From positions 7,073-71,072 of the forward strand of contig CALXOA010000062.1 in NCBI GenBank assembly GCA_944389895.1: 64,000 bases of DNA, written 5' to 3'. The position numbers and the translations under genes are program-made. Below are positions 48,331 to 57,526 of the stretch, piece by piece. The notes beneath the pieces are model-generated. The model saw only the letters and a program-made list of their open reading frames with translations. It ran no database searches and was not told the DNA's origin. Position 1 is the first letter of the stretch, and every line of letters begins with the position of its first letter. Origin of the DNA: an uncultured Victivallis sp. (GTDB lineage: Bacteria; Verrucomicrobiota; Lentisphaeria; Victivallales; Victivallaceae).

Positions 48331-49287
48331 CTACTTCCGGGGAGGTGGTGCGACACTCTTTCGCTCGCAATAAAGGTAAGGAATCATCTGATTGGTGATT
48401 TTTTCCCTTTTCTTGAGCAGCAACAGACGGATCAACGACAATGCATTTGCGGCCAGAGCCGGATAGTTCTGGCAGAAGGTTGTGAGAGGCGGTTCGACCG
48501 CATGGGATAGTTGCAGGTTTTCCCAGGTAATCAGGGAAATATCCTGTGGAACCCGGATTCCGACTTCCGCCAGAGCCTTCAGGACTTTGAGAGACATCTC
48601 TTCATGCGGCAGCAACAGGGCTGTGACTTTATCCGAAACGAGCTGTTCCAGCTGTGGGCGGAATCCTCTGATCGGGTCATGTTCATATACTTTCCCCTCA
48701 CAAAGTTGATGTTTCCCTATCGCTTCGATGAAATACCTTTGTCGCAATTTCTGAGAATATCCGCCTTCCCCGATATCCAGCAGACCGATTTTGCCGTGGC
48801 CGGCCTGGATGAAAACATTTACCGCCCGTTCGATGGCGTCTCCCTCATCGGAGTTGATGGACCAGATATCGTTACCGGAACGGTGGCGGTTGTTGATTAC
48901 GACAATGGGGCAACTGTAAAATTCCGCCAGTTTCCGGTTGACCAGATCACTGTAACAAAGTGAGATGATTCCATCGAAAACCACTGCCGCCCCGCAGCGC
49001 AAATTGGATTCGGTCAACATCAGCAGTCCCCACTCTTCTTTTGCGCAGAGCTGTATTAATTCAGATACCAGGGACTGGTCATAAGAGCCGAGACAGAATC
49101 GGTCATGAACCACGAGGAGAAGTTGTTTCCGCAGGGTATCCGGGCGGTATTTCTGTTTACGTGCCTCGGCAAGAACTCGTTCTCGCGTTTCCGGCGAGAC
49201 TGATGAACAGCCGGCTAACGCACGTGACACTGTCGCGGGGGAGAGGCCCAACGTTGCCGCAAGTGTCCTGATTGAAACCTTTTTCAC
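48331..49287 (-). CDS. LacI family transcriptional regulator
   Basis: N-terminal HTH MKKVSIRTLAATLGLSPATVSRALAG plus a PBP1 sugar-binding domain. GTG start at 49287 is preceded by AGAGGA. Confidence 0.85.
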   Translation of the reverse strand: MKKVSIRTLAATLGLSPATVSRALAGCSSVSPETRERVLAEARKQKYRPDTLRKQLLLVVHDRFCLGSYDQSLVSELIQLCAKEEWGLLMLTESNLRCGAAVVFDGIISLCYSDLVNRKLAEFYSCPIVVINNRHRSGNDIWSINSDEGDAIERAVNVFIQAGHGKIGLLDIGEGGYSQKLRQRYFIEAIGKHQLCEGKVYEHDPIRGFRPQLEQLVSDKVTALLLPHEEMSLKVLKALAEVGIRVPQDISLITWENLQLSHAVEPPLTTFCQNYPALAANALSLIRLLLLKKREKITNQMIPYLYCERKSVAPPPRK

Positions 49288-49310
49288 CGGTGATTCCTCT
49301 TTCAGGTTAT

Positions 49311-49348
49311 CTGTATTGCAAATATACAGTTTTTTTTGGTAAAAACAA
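49311..49348 (-). promoter_or_regulatory. Putative LacI-gene promoter overlapped by an inverted repeat
   Basis: Minus strand: TTGTTT (49348-49343), 16-nt spacer, TATATT (49326-49321). The inverted repeat CTGTAT-N7-ATACAG (49311-49329) overlaps the -10 element and start site. Confidence 0.35.
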
Positions 49349-49392
49349 GATATCTCCGCTCAGTTTTGTTCCATTATGTTTCATGGAAACGG

Positions 49393-49421
49393 TTGGAAAT
49401 CCCGCCTGCTTTGGGTATAAT
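49393..49421 (+). promoter_or_regulatory. Near-consensus sigma70 promoter preceding a 400-nt leader of the H-X9-DG gene P2
   Basis: TTGGAA (49393-49398), 17-nt spacer, TATAAT (49416-49421). Confidence 0.55.
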
Positions 49422-49829
49422 TAGGTACGATGGCCGAAGTATTCGAAACAATGAAAGTCCTGGAGCCGGTGAAAAAAAGGACATGGGAGACATCGGTTTC
49501 CGGTTGGAGTCAACCATGGGGCCTGCAGGGACGGAGTGCGGCAATGAGCGACAGGGTGGTTTGCCGGAAGAAACTTGCCGGAGAACATCGGTGTACTCGC
49601 TGCGGATTGCAATCGTTTATTCGAACCTTACGGGGGGCTCCTTGAAAGCGGAACTTGCAGGCAGTTTCAAAAACGGGTGAGGGATGGTGGGACAGGGGAG
49701 GACACATTTCCCGATCTGCTCAGACCTGGAGGAGCCACCTGCGGACAGAAAGACAGAATCAGGCGAACCAGTTTTATTTCCGGAAAATTGCGATAAGAAT
49801 CGGTTTTCTCAAAATGAAGGAGAGTCATC

Positions 49830-50618
49830 ATGCAGAGCAGAGAGTCACACAACCGCCCCATTGGCCAGTCGCAGATGAACAATCGGGGAAAGCATTTTAC
49901 ATTGATTGAATTGCTCATAGTGATTGCGATCATCGCAATTCTGGCCGGAATGCTGTTGCCGGTTCTCAACAAAGCACGCGAGAAGGCACGTTCCGCCAAC
50001 TGCATCAGCAATCTCAGGCAATTGCAGGCCGGCACCATGCTTTACGCAAATGACAACGATCAATGGATTGTTGCGTATTGCGGAAATACAATGGCTGCAT
50101 TGTTGTATATCGGGAATTATGCTCCGTTCAAGAGTTACTATTGTCCGTCGTTGAGGACTCCCGCCGGGCAGTGGGTCGCGTCAGACGTGGTGGCAGTTCC
50201 GGATCAGGATCAGCGTCTCACGTTCGGTTACGGGAATGTGCGTTATGATATTCCCTGGCAGTTGACCTATTACGATGAACGAAAGGAGAGGTGGGGAACA
50301 TTTTACAATGTTTCCGGTTCCTGGGCGGGTTACAAGGTTGACCGGATGAAAGCGCCTTCGGAGATCTTCTACTGGGCTGATACGCTCAACAATCCTGTAA
50401 CCACCGGACAGGGATTGCCGCAGTTCGGCTGGGGACAGTGGACTCCTGCCGGGGACGTGGGTGTTTCGCTTGATGCATACCACATGTCGTTGAATCACGG
50501 GGAGCGCGGAACGGTCTCATTCATCGACGGACACGTAACGCAGTTAGACCGAAATTCCGGGAAAAAGGCGGGAATTGAAGCGATGACCATTCAAGGTGTT
50601 TTTGCCGTGAACATCTGA
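49830..50618 (+). CDS. Prepilin-type N-terminal domain protein with H-X9-DG motif (DUF1559-like), copy P2
   Basis: ..[47 protein letters not shown] and C-terminal [19 protein letters not shown] lies 7 nt upstream of the ATG at 49830. Confidence 0.85.
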   Translation: MQSRESHNRPIGQSQMNNRGKHFTLIELLIVIAIIAILAGMLLPVLNKAREKARSANCISNLRQLQAGTMLYANDNDQWIVAYCGNTMAALLYIGNYAPFKSYYCPSLRTPAGQWVASDVVAVPDQDQRLTFGYGNVRYDIPWQLTYYDERKERWGTFYNVSGSWAGYKVDRMKAPSEIFYWADTLNNPVTTGQGLPQFGWGQWTPAGDVGVSLDAYHMSLNHGERGTVSFIDGHVTQLDRNSGKKAGIEAMTIQGVFAVNI

Positions 50619-50669
50619 CCATTGCAATGGTCCCGATCATTGACATTCATGGCGTGGGAGTTCTGGAAT

Positions 50670-51872
50670 ATGGAAGAACGTAAATGGCTTTTCAGTTTTG
50701 CCGCAGCCGTATCTGTGGTATTCCTTATCTGTGCAGGGGAGGTGGAGAGTGCGGGTGTCTTCGGCTGGTCGCGCCACTGGAATCGTCCTGAACGGTTCGA
50801 TGCTGTTTCCGGTGGCCGATTCAAACAGCCCGGCCGGGGAAAAGTGACTTTTGACGAGGAGGAGAAAGCGCTCCGCTTCGAGTTTGATTTTGAAGGAGAC
50901 GGCGATTTCTGGGCTTATCCGCGGATCTTTCTGGGAGAGAGTGAAGATCTGAGCAACGCGGATTACATCACCTTTGAAATGCGGGTAGATGATTCGAGTG
51001 AGGCCGCCGGAATCGAGTGCGCCCATGTCATGCTCGGGTTCGATAACAAATTCTACCAGATTGCCGTCCCCGGCAGAGAGTACCGTCATTATGTGGTGGA
51101 TCTCAATAATGGTTGCAGGAACAAAAAGGAGGTTCGCAATATTGCGATCGGAATGAATCCACGGTCAAGAAAGCTCATTTACTGGGTGAAGGACATCCGG
51201 GTTCTCGGCAAAAACGTTCCCGATTCGGAACTGGATGTTTCAGAAGTGGTCTCGGTCGGAGTGCCCGGAACGGTCTTCACGCGAAGTGATAAGCTGGAGT
51301 TCCTCCTGGATTATCTTCCGGCCGGAACGAGGATTGATTGGAAACTTCTCGACTGGCGGGGAAAAGAGTTGGATTCCGGGCAGTGGCCGGATTTCGGGAG
51401 AAAACCCCTGCTGCTTGAACCTCTGCCCGACGGATATTACAGGCTTTCGCTCTTGTCCGATTCGGTAAAATTCACTGGGGAAAAGAGTTTTCTGGTTGTT
51501 CCGGATCCCGTTGACCGCCCCGACAACCCTGATGCTTTTTTCTGCTGGGACACCGCACAGAGTGAACTTGGCAGAGAAAATCCTGAAAACACGCGCCACC
51601 CCTGGAACGGATGGGCCGAAGCAAGTGAGATTTCGCGCCGGTGCGGAGTCCGAATCATCCGGGATCGTTTCTGCTGGCCCGTCTGTGAAGAGAAACCCGG
51701 GAGGTATAACTTTGACGGCTACAAGGAGAATGTCGAGGCGTTGAACAGCCGCGGGATCAAAATAAGTAATCTTTTCTACGGTTGTCCGGAATGGGCCAGA
51801 GAGAAAAACGGGATTCTTCCCTCTGATCTGCTCTCTCTATCGTTTTGCGGAAGCGGCGGGAAAGTTCTATGA
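50670..51872 (+). pseudogene. Clan GH-A TIM-barrel glycoside hydrolase, N-terminal fragment (frameshifted)
   Basis: Signal peptide (MEERKWLFSFAAAVSVVFLICAGEVESA), a CBM-like domain and the start of the catalytic barrel. The frame ends at TGA 51870-51872, while homology continues in the +1 frame. Confidence 0.65.
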
Positions 51873-52026
51873 TGGAAAGGTTGATGTATGGGAATTCTGG
51901 AATGAAGAGGACATCTGGTTCGCTTCGGAATCGGCGTGGGATTTTGCATCTGCACAAAAGGCGGCGTATCTCGGCTTCAAAGCAGGATCTCCCGATACTC
52001 CGGTAGCACAGGGCGCCATCTCCAAT

Positions 52027-53652
52027 ATGGAGGAACCGTCTTCTTACGTTCACGTGATGTTTTCCAATGGGGTCAGGGATTATCTGGATATCTTCAACGT
52101 CCACAGCTACGCGGCGATTTGTGAGCTTCCCCGGCTGGGGGCTACCATTGAACAGTTCGCGCGGCAGCATGGCATCGATGAACGCCCGCTCTGGATTACG
52201 GAGAACGGAACCAGGGCGGAGGGCGCGGGGCGGGAAACAAGTTATATGACGCGTTTCCGCAAACACTCTTATGAGCAGGAACTTCTGGTTGCAGAAGCTT
52301 TGCCGAAAGGGATGATTACGATGCAGGCGGCCGGCGTTGATCGCAACTTCTTCTTCGTGCTTCTCCCCTACAATGAACAGAATGGTCATAAGGACTGGGG
52401 ACTTCTGAGGCGTGATCTCAGCGCGAAACCGGCAGTCGCGGCACAGTCGAATCTTCTCTACCTCCTCGCGGATGCCGAATTGATGGGGGAGATGAAACTT
52501 GGCGATGGACTCAAGGGGTTTCTCTATCGGAAACTGGATGGAAGTCAGACGCTTGTTTTCTGGAGCCAATCACCTCTTGACACGCGCCAATGGAACAGCG
52601 GGCTTGAGTTTGACGATCTGCTGGAACGGAACTTCACACTTGATTTTGCCGGTGATCCCAGAGGATACAATCTTTTCGGTACCCCGGTGGCGTTGAACAT
52701 GGAAAAGGGGCAACTGAAACTTCAGGCGATCAGAATGCCGCAATTCATCTCCGGATTGAAAGGATTAAAGGCTGATATCCCCTTTGCAAAACGGAACCGG
52801 AGGTTTTCCCCGTCCCGGGTCGACTATGATCGTACCATCGTCTATCAGGTGAAAACCGGCCGTAACTTCAAATCTTTGACCTATGCCAAGGATTACGTCG
52901 AATTGAAGGAGAAAGCAGGAGAACTGCAACTGATTGTCTGGAACCTCTCTTTAGAGAAGAAATCCGGAGTTGTCTCTTTTTCGGGGCTTGCAGTCGGGAA
53001 TGCGCCGGAGATTCTCTCCGTCAATCCATTTGAGAAGACAACGGTTCCGCTTGAGGTTTCCTTCCCGGATGATTCCGCGCAGACTGTCTTTGAGGTGAAA
53101 GGTGTTTTCAATGGTCTGGAAACCAGTTGCCTGCGTATGCCTGTCGTTTCGGAGGAAGAGGTCGCCCGGAGGATTGCGCAGGGGCGTAAGGAAAAGTTGA
53201 TGTTTACGGAGGATCCCGGCAGCTGGCGTAAAAACGCATCCGGGGAGATGCAGATCAGCTGGGATGAAAATGAAAATGCGGTCAAATTCGTCACAGATTT
53301 CTCGCACGTGGCAGATAAACAGTTCTGGGCATATCCCGAATACGTTCTGCAACTTCCGCAAGAATCCATGCGGGGGGCTCTCGGCATCATTTTTGAATGG
53401 AAGGCGACTCCCGCCGCGGATGTAAATCTTGCTTTGTTGATGGCGGTTTACAGTACGGAGTCGGAACATGGCAAAAGTTTCTGGCTCGATGTCGCCCTCC
53501 CACAGGAAACCTGGGAGAGCCGAACGGTGATTTTCAAGAATCAGAATGTTGATCCGGAAAAGATCCGGCAGATTCGCATCGGAATGAATCCCACCCGGGG
53601 AGGAGTTCTAAGTTACTGGATCCGCAATATCCGGGTTATTTATCCCCGATGA
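52027..53652 (+). pseudogene. Clan GH-A TIM-barrel glycoside hydrolase, C-terminal fragment (frameshifted)
   Basis: Same frame is open from 51766 and encodes ..YRFAEAAGKFYDGKVDVWEFWNEED.. before the first ATG at 52027. It contains the PLWITENG nucleophile-type motif and a second CBM-like domain. Confidence 0.65.
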
Positions 53653-53878
53653 GATTCCACTTCTCTCCGCCGGTGGAGATTGTTCTGGAATACTTTCCGG
53701 AGGTGATCTGAAGTATTCTCTCTCTCATGGATGGGTGAGCAACCAACCGGGAAGAGGCCCCACGTCTTTCCCGAAGTGAATCCCCACAAACCGGATGGGG
53801 TCGCCGCCGCGAATGTATTTCCCCGCGTGACATCCCTCCTTCCGGAGGTCCATCCGGGTGTCCTTGAGGGGGAAAAGT

Positions 53879-55432
53879 TTATTCCGCCTTCAGAAGCGAT
53901 TTCGAAAACCTCTGATTCTCCTTCATATACTTGAGCAGGATTCTGCGGCGCGGGGTGTCCCCCGCTCTTTCGGTTTTCCCGTTCACTTCGATAACCTCGG
54001 CATCCCAGCCGTGATACTCCCGAAACGAGTGATAGGTCCAGCTCCAGCCGTACTCCTCGAAAATGGAGATCGCATCATCCAGATACTGTTCCACGCCGGG
54101 AGCCCAGTAGGGGGCGCTGAACTCTCCGACATAGATCGGGACATGGTACTTCTTGTGGAAGTCTATGACCGGTTTCATGCTTTGGATCATCTGCTCGCGA
54201 TTCCAGAAAACCCCGTCGATCACGCCCGGGTATTTCAGGTTTCCCGGCCTGCCGTGGATCCCCTGATGGGTGTAACTGTGCGGCTGGTAGTAGTGGAAAC
54301 TGTAGATCACGTTGTTTACGCTGACCGGGCGGAGCGTTTCAAAGCCGGCCGGATGTCCCCATTTTGCGCACTCCACAATGATCGGTGTGACGGGATCCAC
54401 CTCGCGGATGGCACGGGCGATCTTATCCGCCAGACCATTCCAGTCCAGCCTGCCGTCATCCTTGTAGACGTAATCATCCTCGCGGGGTTCGTTCAACAGA
54501 TCATATCCCAGGATCATCGGTTCATCCCTGTAGCGTGCGGCGATTTCCCGCCAGACGTCGGCCAGGAGCTGCTGCATCTCCGGATCCCAGCTCAAATCGT
54601 TACTGGAGAGTTCGCTGACTCGAGTTCCGGGGCCGACATGCATGTCAATTACAATTCCGATTCCATATTTGCGCGCATACGGCAGAATGCGATCCAGCAC
54701 TTCCAGCCGGTTTTTCACGATGGTCCGAAATCCTTTTTCGGTACGGTGGTCGTTGATCTTGTCCTTGTCGATCCAGAATCGGATCAGATTGGCGTTCCAG
54801 ACCTCGCTCAGTTCCCGGAATGCTTCCTCCCGGATGTCGTGGCCGATCATGACCCCGCGGAAGCGGCTCTTCTCCGGCGGTGGCAGCTGAATTGCCGGAT
54901 TGAACTTGACATCCTGCTTCGCCGGAGCGGCGATCAGGCCTATGTCATCGAAGAAAATGGTTCCTTCCGATTGTTGCAGTCCGATCAGAATGGATAATTC
55001 CGAAACATTCTCCGGAACGTTGCAGAATGCGGAAAATTCCCGCCAGTCATAGCTGCCGTACGTTTTGGAATGGCTTGCGTAGTCCACACCGTTCGGAGTA
55101 ACCACCTTCAGCGCGAAAGCCGGGCCGAGATAGCTCAACGCCGGTTTCCGGATGTTCTCCCCCCGGATTTTTCCGGTGAGAGTGATTCCTCTTCCGCGCA
55201 GCTTTTCCACCGGAATGCGGATCTCGCTCATGGCACGATTGTCGACTTTCGAATAGGTGAATTTCGCGCAGCCGGAATGGTTTGCTCCTTCGGTGGCGGA
55301 ATAGCTCATTCCGGCGATCTCCGGCCACCTGGAAAATTCGGACTGTGAATTGAAATCACAGAAAAAGATCTCCTCCGCCGGAATCCCCGGCGTCAAGAAA
55401 ACAAGCGCGATGAAAATGGCTCTCTTCAGCAT
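53879..55432 (-). CDS. Secreted glycoside hydrolase family 5 (cellulase-family) enzyme with an N-terminal CBM-like domain
   Basis: Signal peptide MLKRAIFIALVFLTPGIPA, GH5 motifs ..NANLIRFW.., IVIDMH, GYDLLNEP (acid/base) and VGEFS (nucleophile). ATG at 55432 is preceded by GAGGAG. Confidence 0.8.
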   Translation of the reverse strand: MLKRAIFIALVFLTPGIPAEEIFFCDFNSQSEFSRWPEIAGMSYSATEGANHSGCAKFTYSKVDNRAMSEIRIPVEKLRGRGITLTGKIRGENIRKPALSYLGPAFALKVVTPNGVDYASHSKTYGSYDWREFSAFCNVPENVSELSILIGLQQSEGTIFFDDIGLIAAPAKQDVKFNPAIQLPPPEKSRFRGVMIGHDIREEAFRELSEVWNANLIRFWIDKDKINDHRTEKGFRTIVKNRLEVLDRILPYARKYGIGIVIDMHVGPGTRVSELSSNDLSWDPEMQQLLADVWREIAARYRDEPMILGYDLLNEPREDDYVYKDDGRLDWNGLADKIARAIREVDPVTPIIVECAKWGHPAGFETLRPVSVNNVIYSFHYYQPHSYTHQGIHGRPGNLKYPGVIDGVFWNREQMIQSMKPVIDFHKKYHVPIYVGEFSAPYWAPGVEQYLDDAISIFEEYGWSWTYHSFREYHGWDAEVIEVNGKTERAGDTPRRRILLKYMKENQRFSKSLLKAE

Positions 55433-55518
55433 GATCTCTCCTCTGTAAATCGATGGCCCGGCAGGGGGCGGTGCTCCTGCCTCATCCCGACGATTGTTCG
55501 TGCCGATGAATGGAAACA

Positions 55519-56226
55519 TCAGTCATCCATCGGGCTGTACATGCGCTGGTTCTGAAAATTCAACAGCTCCCGCCAGTGGATGGAATCCGCGTGTCCGTCG
55601 AAGAATGCATTGTTGACATGGGCGGAATGGCGGTAGGCTACTCCGTATGTGCCGTTTTCTCCGGCGGCCAGGCTGGCCAGCGCCTCCGCTTCCGTGAAGC
55701 TGCCGTTGAGATTGGCGCTCAATGCATCGGCAAAAGCCGCCTTGGCGGAAGGCTTTCGGATCCGGCTGAGCTTGAATGCATATGCGATCCATTCCCCGGC
55801 ACTGTCGTCGTGGAGTCCACGGTAGCTGGCTCCGTAAGAGGTTCTCGGGTCGCCGTAGGCGCCGAGAGTTGCGCTGGCGGTGGTCAGCACCGCCTTGGAA
55901 ACCGGACACAATACTTTTTTCTGGAAAAATTCCGTTGCGTAGAGCGGTCCTGCCGAGGTGACGGCTTTGGACGGTGTCCCGATCAGCGCCCGGAAGGTAT
56001 CGTTCAGCCAGTAGGCGTCATTTCCCGCCGGCGGTACCCAGTACTCCTGTTGTTCCGAGGCGTACATGGTTCCGGCGAGTCCCCATTGTTTGAGCTGATT
56101 GGTACAGGTCGTTTTCCTAGCCGCGTCCCGGGCTTTGTTCAGCGCGGGAAGCAACATTGAGGCGAGTACGGCGATGATTGCAATAACGACCAGTAATTCT
56201 ATCAATGTGAATCTATCCGTATTCAT
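55519..56226 (-). CDS. Prepilin-type N-terminal domain protein with H-X9-DG motif (DUF1559-like), copy P3
   Basis: [47 protein letters not shown] and C-terminal [13 protein letters not shown]. The ATG at 56226 lies 19 nt after the regulator stop. Confidence 0.85.
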   Translation of the reverse strand: MNTDRFTLIELLVVIAIIAVLASMLLPALNKARDAARKTTCTNQLKQWGLAGTMYASEQQEYWVPPAGNDAYWLNDTFRALIGTPSKAVTSAGPLYATEFFQKKVLCPVSKAVLTTASATLGAYGDPRTSYGASYRGLHDDSAGEWIAYAFKLSRIRKPSAKAAFADALSANLNGSFTEAEALASLAAGENGTYGVAYRHSAHVNNAFFDGHADSIHWRELLNFQNQRMYSPMDD

Positions 56227-56245
56227 GATTCTCCTGCTCCTTTCA

Positions 56246-57268
56246 TCATGTGTAATGCAGACTGATTCCGATTGCGGTGTGATAGTCAGGTTCGTTCCCC
56301 TTTCCCTGCAGCTCCCGTTCAAGGCGTTCCGCCATGAACTCAGCCGCTTCGGTCATTTTCCGGCGTACCACCAGCCCGTGGAAATCCATGTTGGCGAAAA
56401 GGGTCATCTCCCCGGCGACGGGAAGTGTTTCTCCCATTTGCCGGATCAAGGTCATGAAGGGGTGTATTTCGCCGCAGAAGATCACCGCGTCCGGCCTGTC
56501 TGCGGAATCCAGTATCTCTTTCAGCGCGGAATAGTTCAGCAGTTCATTTTCCATCAGGTATCTCACTTTCACGCTGCTCTTCCGCACGGATTCAATTCCG
56601 GAATGCAGTTCGGAAAACATCTCCCCGTAGGGATTGCCGACAACCGCGATGTTGCTCCTGCCCTCCTTCTGCAGGAAATCGAAGATTTCCGCATATTCTT
56701 CGCGGAATGCCCAGTGTGCGCAGTAAGGATGGCTTCCCTGGGCTCCGAAGGCAATCACCGGCAGTCCGCCGCGGCGCAGGCGCAGTGCGGTTTCCAGATG
56801 TGAATCCAGCGGTTTCACCCAGATGACGCCGTCAACTCCGGATTTGACGATCTGATCGTAAAGTTCATCGGATTCTCCGCCGCAGTTCAGCAAAGTTTCG
56901 ATCCGGTAGCCGGGGTCCCTGTGCAATATCGCGCGGGTGATGGAGTAGTGAAGCAGATTGCTGGCGTTGTCCTGGTAGATCTGCCGCCCGTCCCGGAAAA
57001 TCAGGCCGATCACCTTGAAGTGGTTCACTGCCAGCATCGGACTCGGAACGGTCACGAATCCCCGGTTCCCGGTCGCAGTCAGGTAACCGTCACGTACCAG
57101 CCCCTTCAGCGCCCGTTGAACTGTGGGGTGGGTTACCCCCAGCATTTTCCCGAGTTTCCGCGCGGAATCGATTTTCATCGCCTGATTTCCGGAGCGGGCG
57201 ATCAGTTTGATGATATGCTGCTGGACCTTCAGATACTCGGGAACGTAATATTTCTTTTCCAAAGTCAT
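56246..57268 (-). CDS. GntR-family regulator of the AraR type (GntR wHTH plus PBP1-like sugar-binding domain)
   Basis: ..[40 protein letters not shown] (GntR HTH) followed by a LacI/PBP1-like domain. Confidence 0.75.
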   Translation of the reverse strand: MTLEKKYYVPEYLKVQQHIIKLIARSGNQAMKIDSARKLGKMLGVTHPTVQRALKGLVRDGYLTATGNRGFVTVPSPMLAVNHFKVIGLIFRDGRQIYQDNASNLLHYSITRAILHRDPGYRIETLLNCGGESDELYDQIVKSGVDGVIWVKPLDSHLETALRLRRGGLPVIAFGAQGSHPYCAHWAFREEYAEIFDFLQKEGRSNIAVVGNPYGEMFSELHSGIESVRKSSVKVRYLMENELLNYSALKEILDSADRPDAVIFCGEIHPFMTLIRQMGETLPVAGEMTLFANMDFHGLVVRRKMTEAAEFMAERLERELQGKGNEPDYHTAIGISLHYT

Positions 57269-57305
57269 ACTGTCTTTACCAGTGATTTACCATTTTTTAT
57301 GGGAT

Positions 57306-57334
57306 ATTATAGCAAAAAAAACCTGACATGTCAA
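57306..57334 (-). promoter_or_regulatory. Consensus sigma70 promoter for the regulator-P3-GH5 operon, with a palindrome over the -35 element
   Basis: Minus strand: TTGACA (57334-57329), 17-nt spacer, TATAAT (57311-57306). The 10-bp palindrome TGACATGTCA (57324-57333) overlaps the -35 hexamer. Confidence 0.6.
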
Positions 57335-57526
57335 GAGGAGGATCGTCTTTTTTTCAAAAAAAGCATTCCCCTGAGAAGGAAGACCGACGATGACGGTGGA
57401 CGGTGAAGCGTGTCCGGTAATTCTGTTGCCTCGCGGCGGAACACCGGTGAGCCGCATGGAGAATTTTCACCGGGTCAGTCACATGACTGGAGAGCAGGGA
57501 AGTGCGGCTCTGCTACGGGCGTGGAT

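Noticed and set aside
49440-49770. A possible RNase P RNA. GAAAGUCCUGGAGCC (49451) resembles CR-I GGAAAGUCCGGGCUC. ACAGAAUCAGGC (49752) resembles CR-V ACAGAACCCGGC about 300 nt downstream, and there is even a compensatory U-A pair in a would-be P4.
   Set aside because: The invariant GGCUUA is replaced by GGCGAA, so the two A-U pairs of P4 fail. Only about 25 nt separate the predicted start site from CR-I, leaving no room for P1-P3. I could find no 5'/3' complementarity for P1/P2. An 8-mer match is expected by chance about twice in this window. A cmsearch with the RNase P models would settle it.
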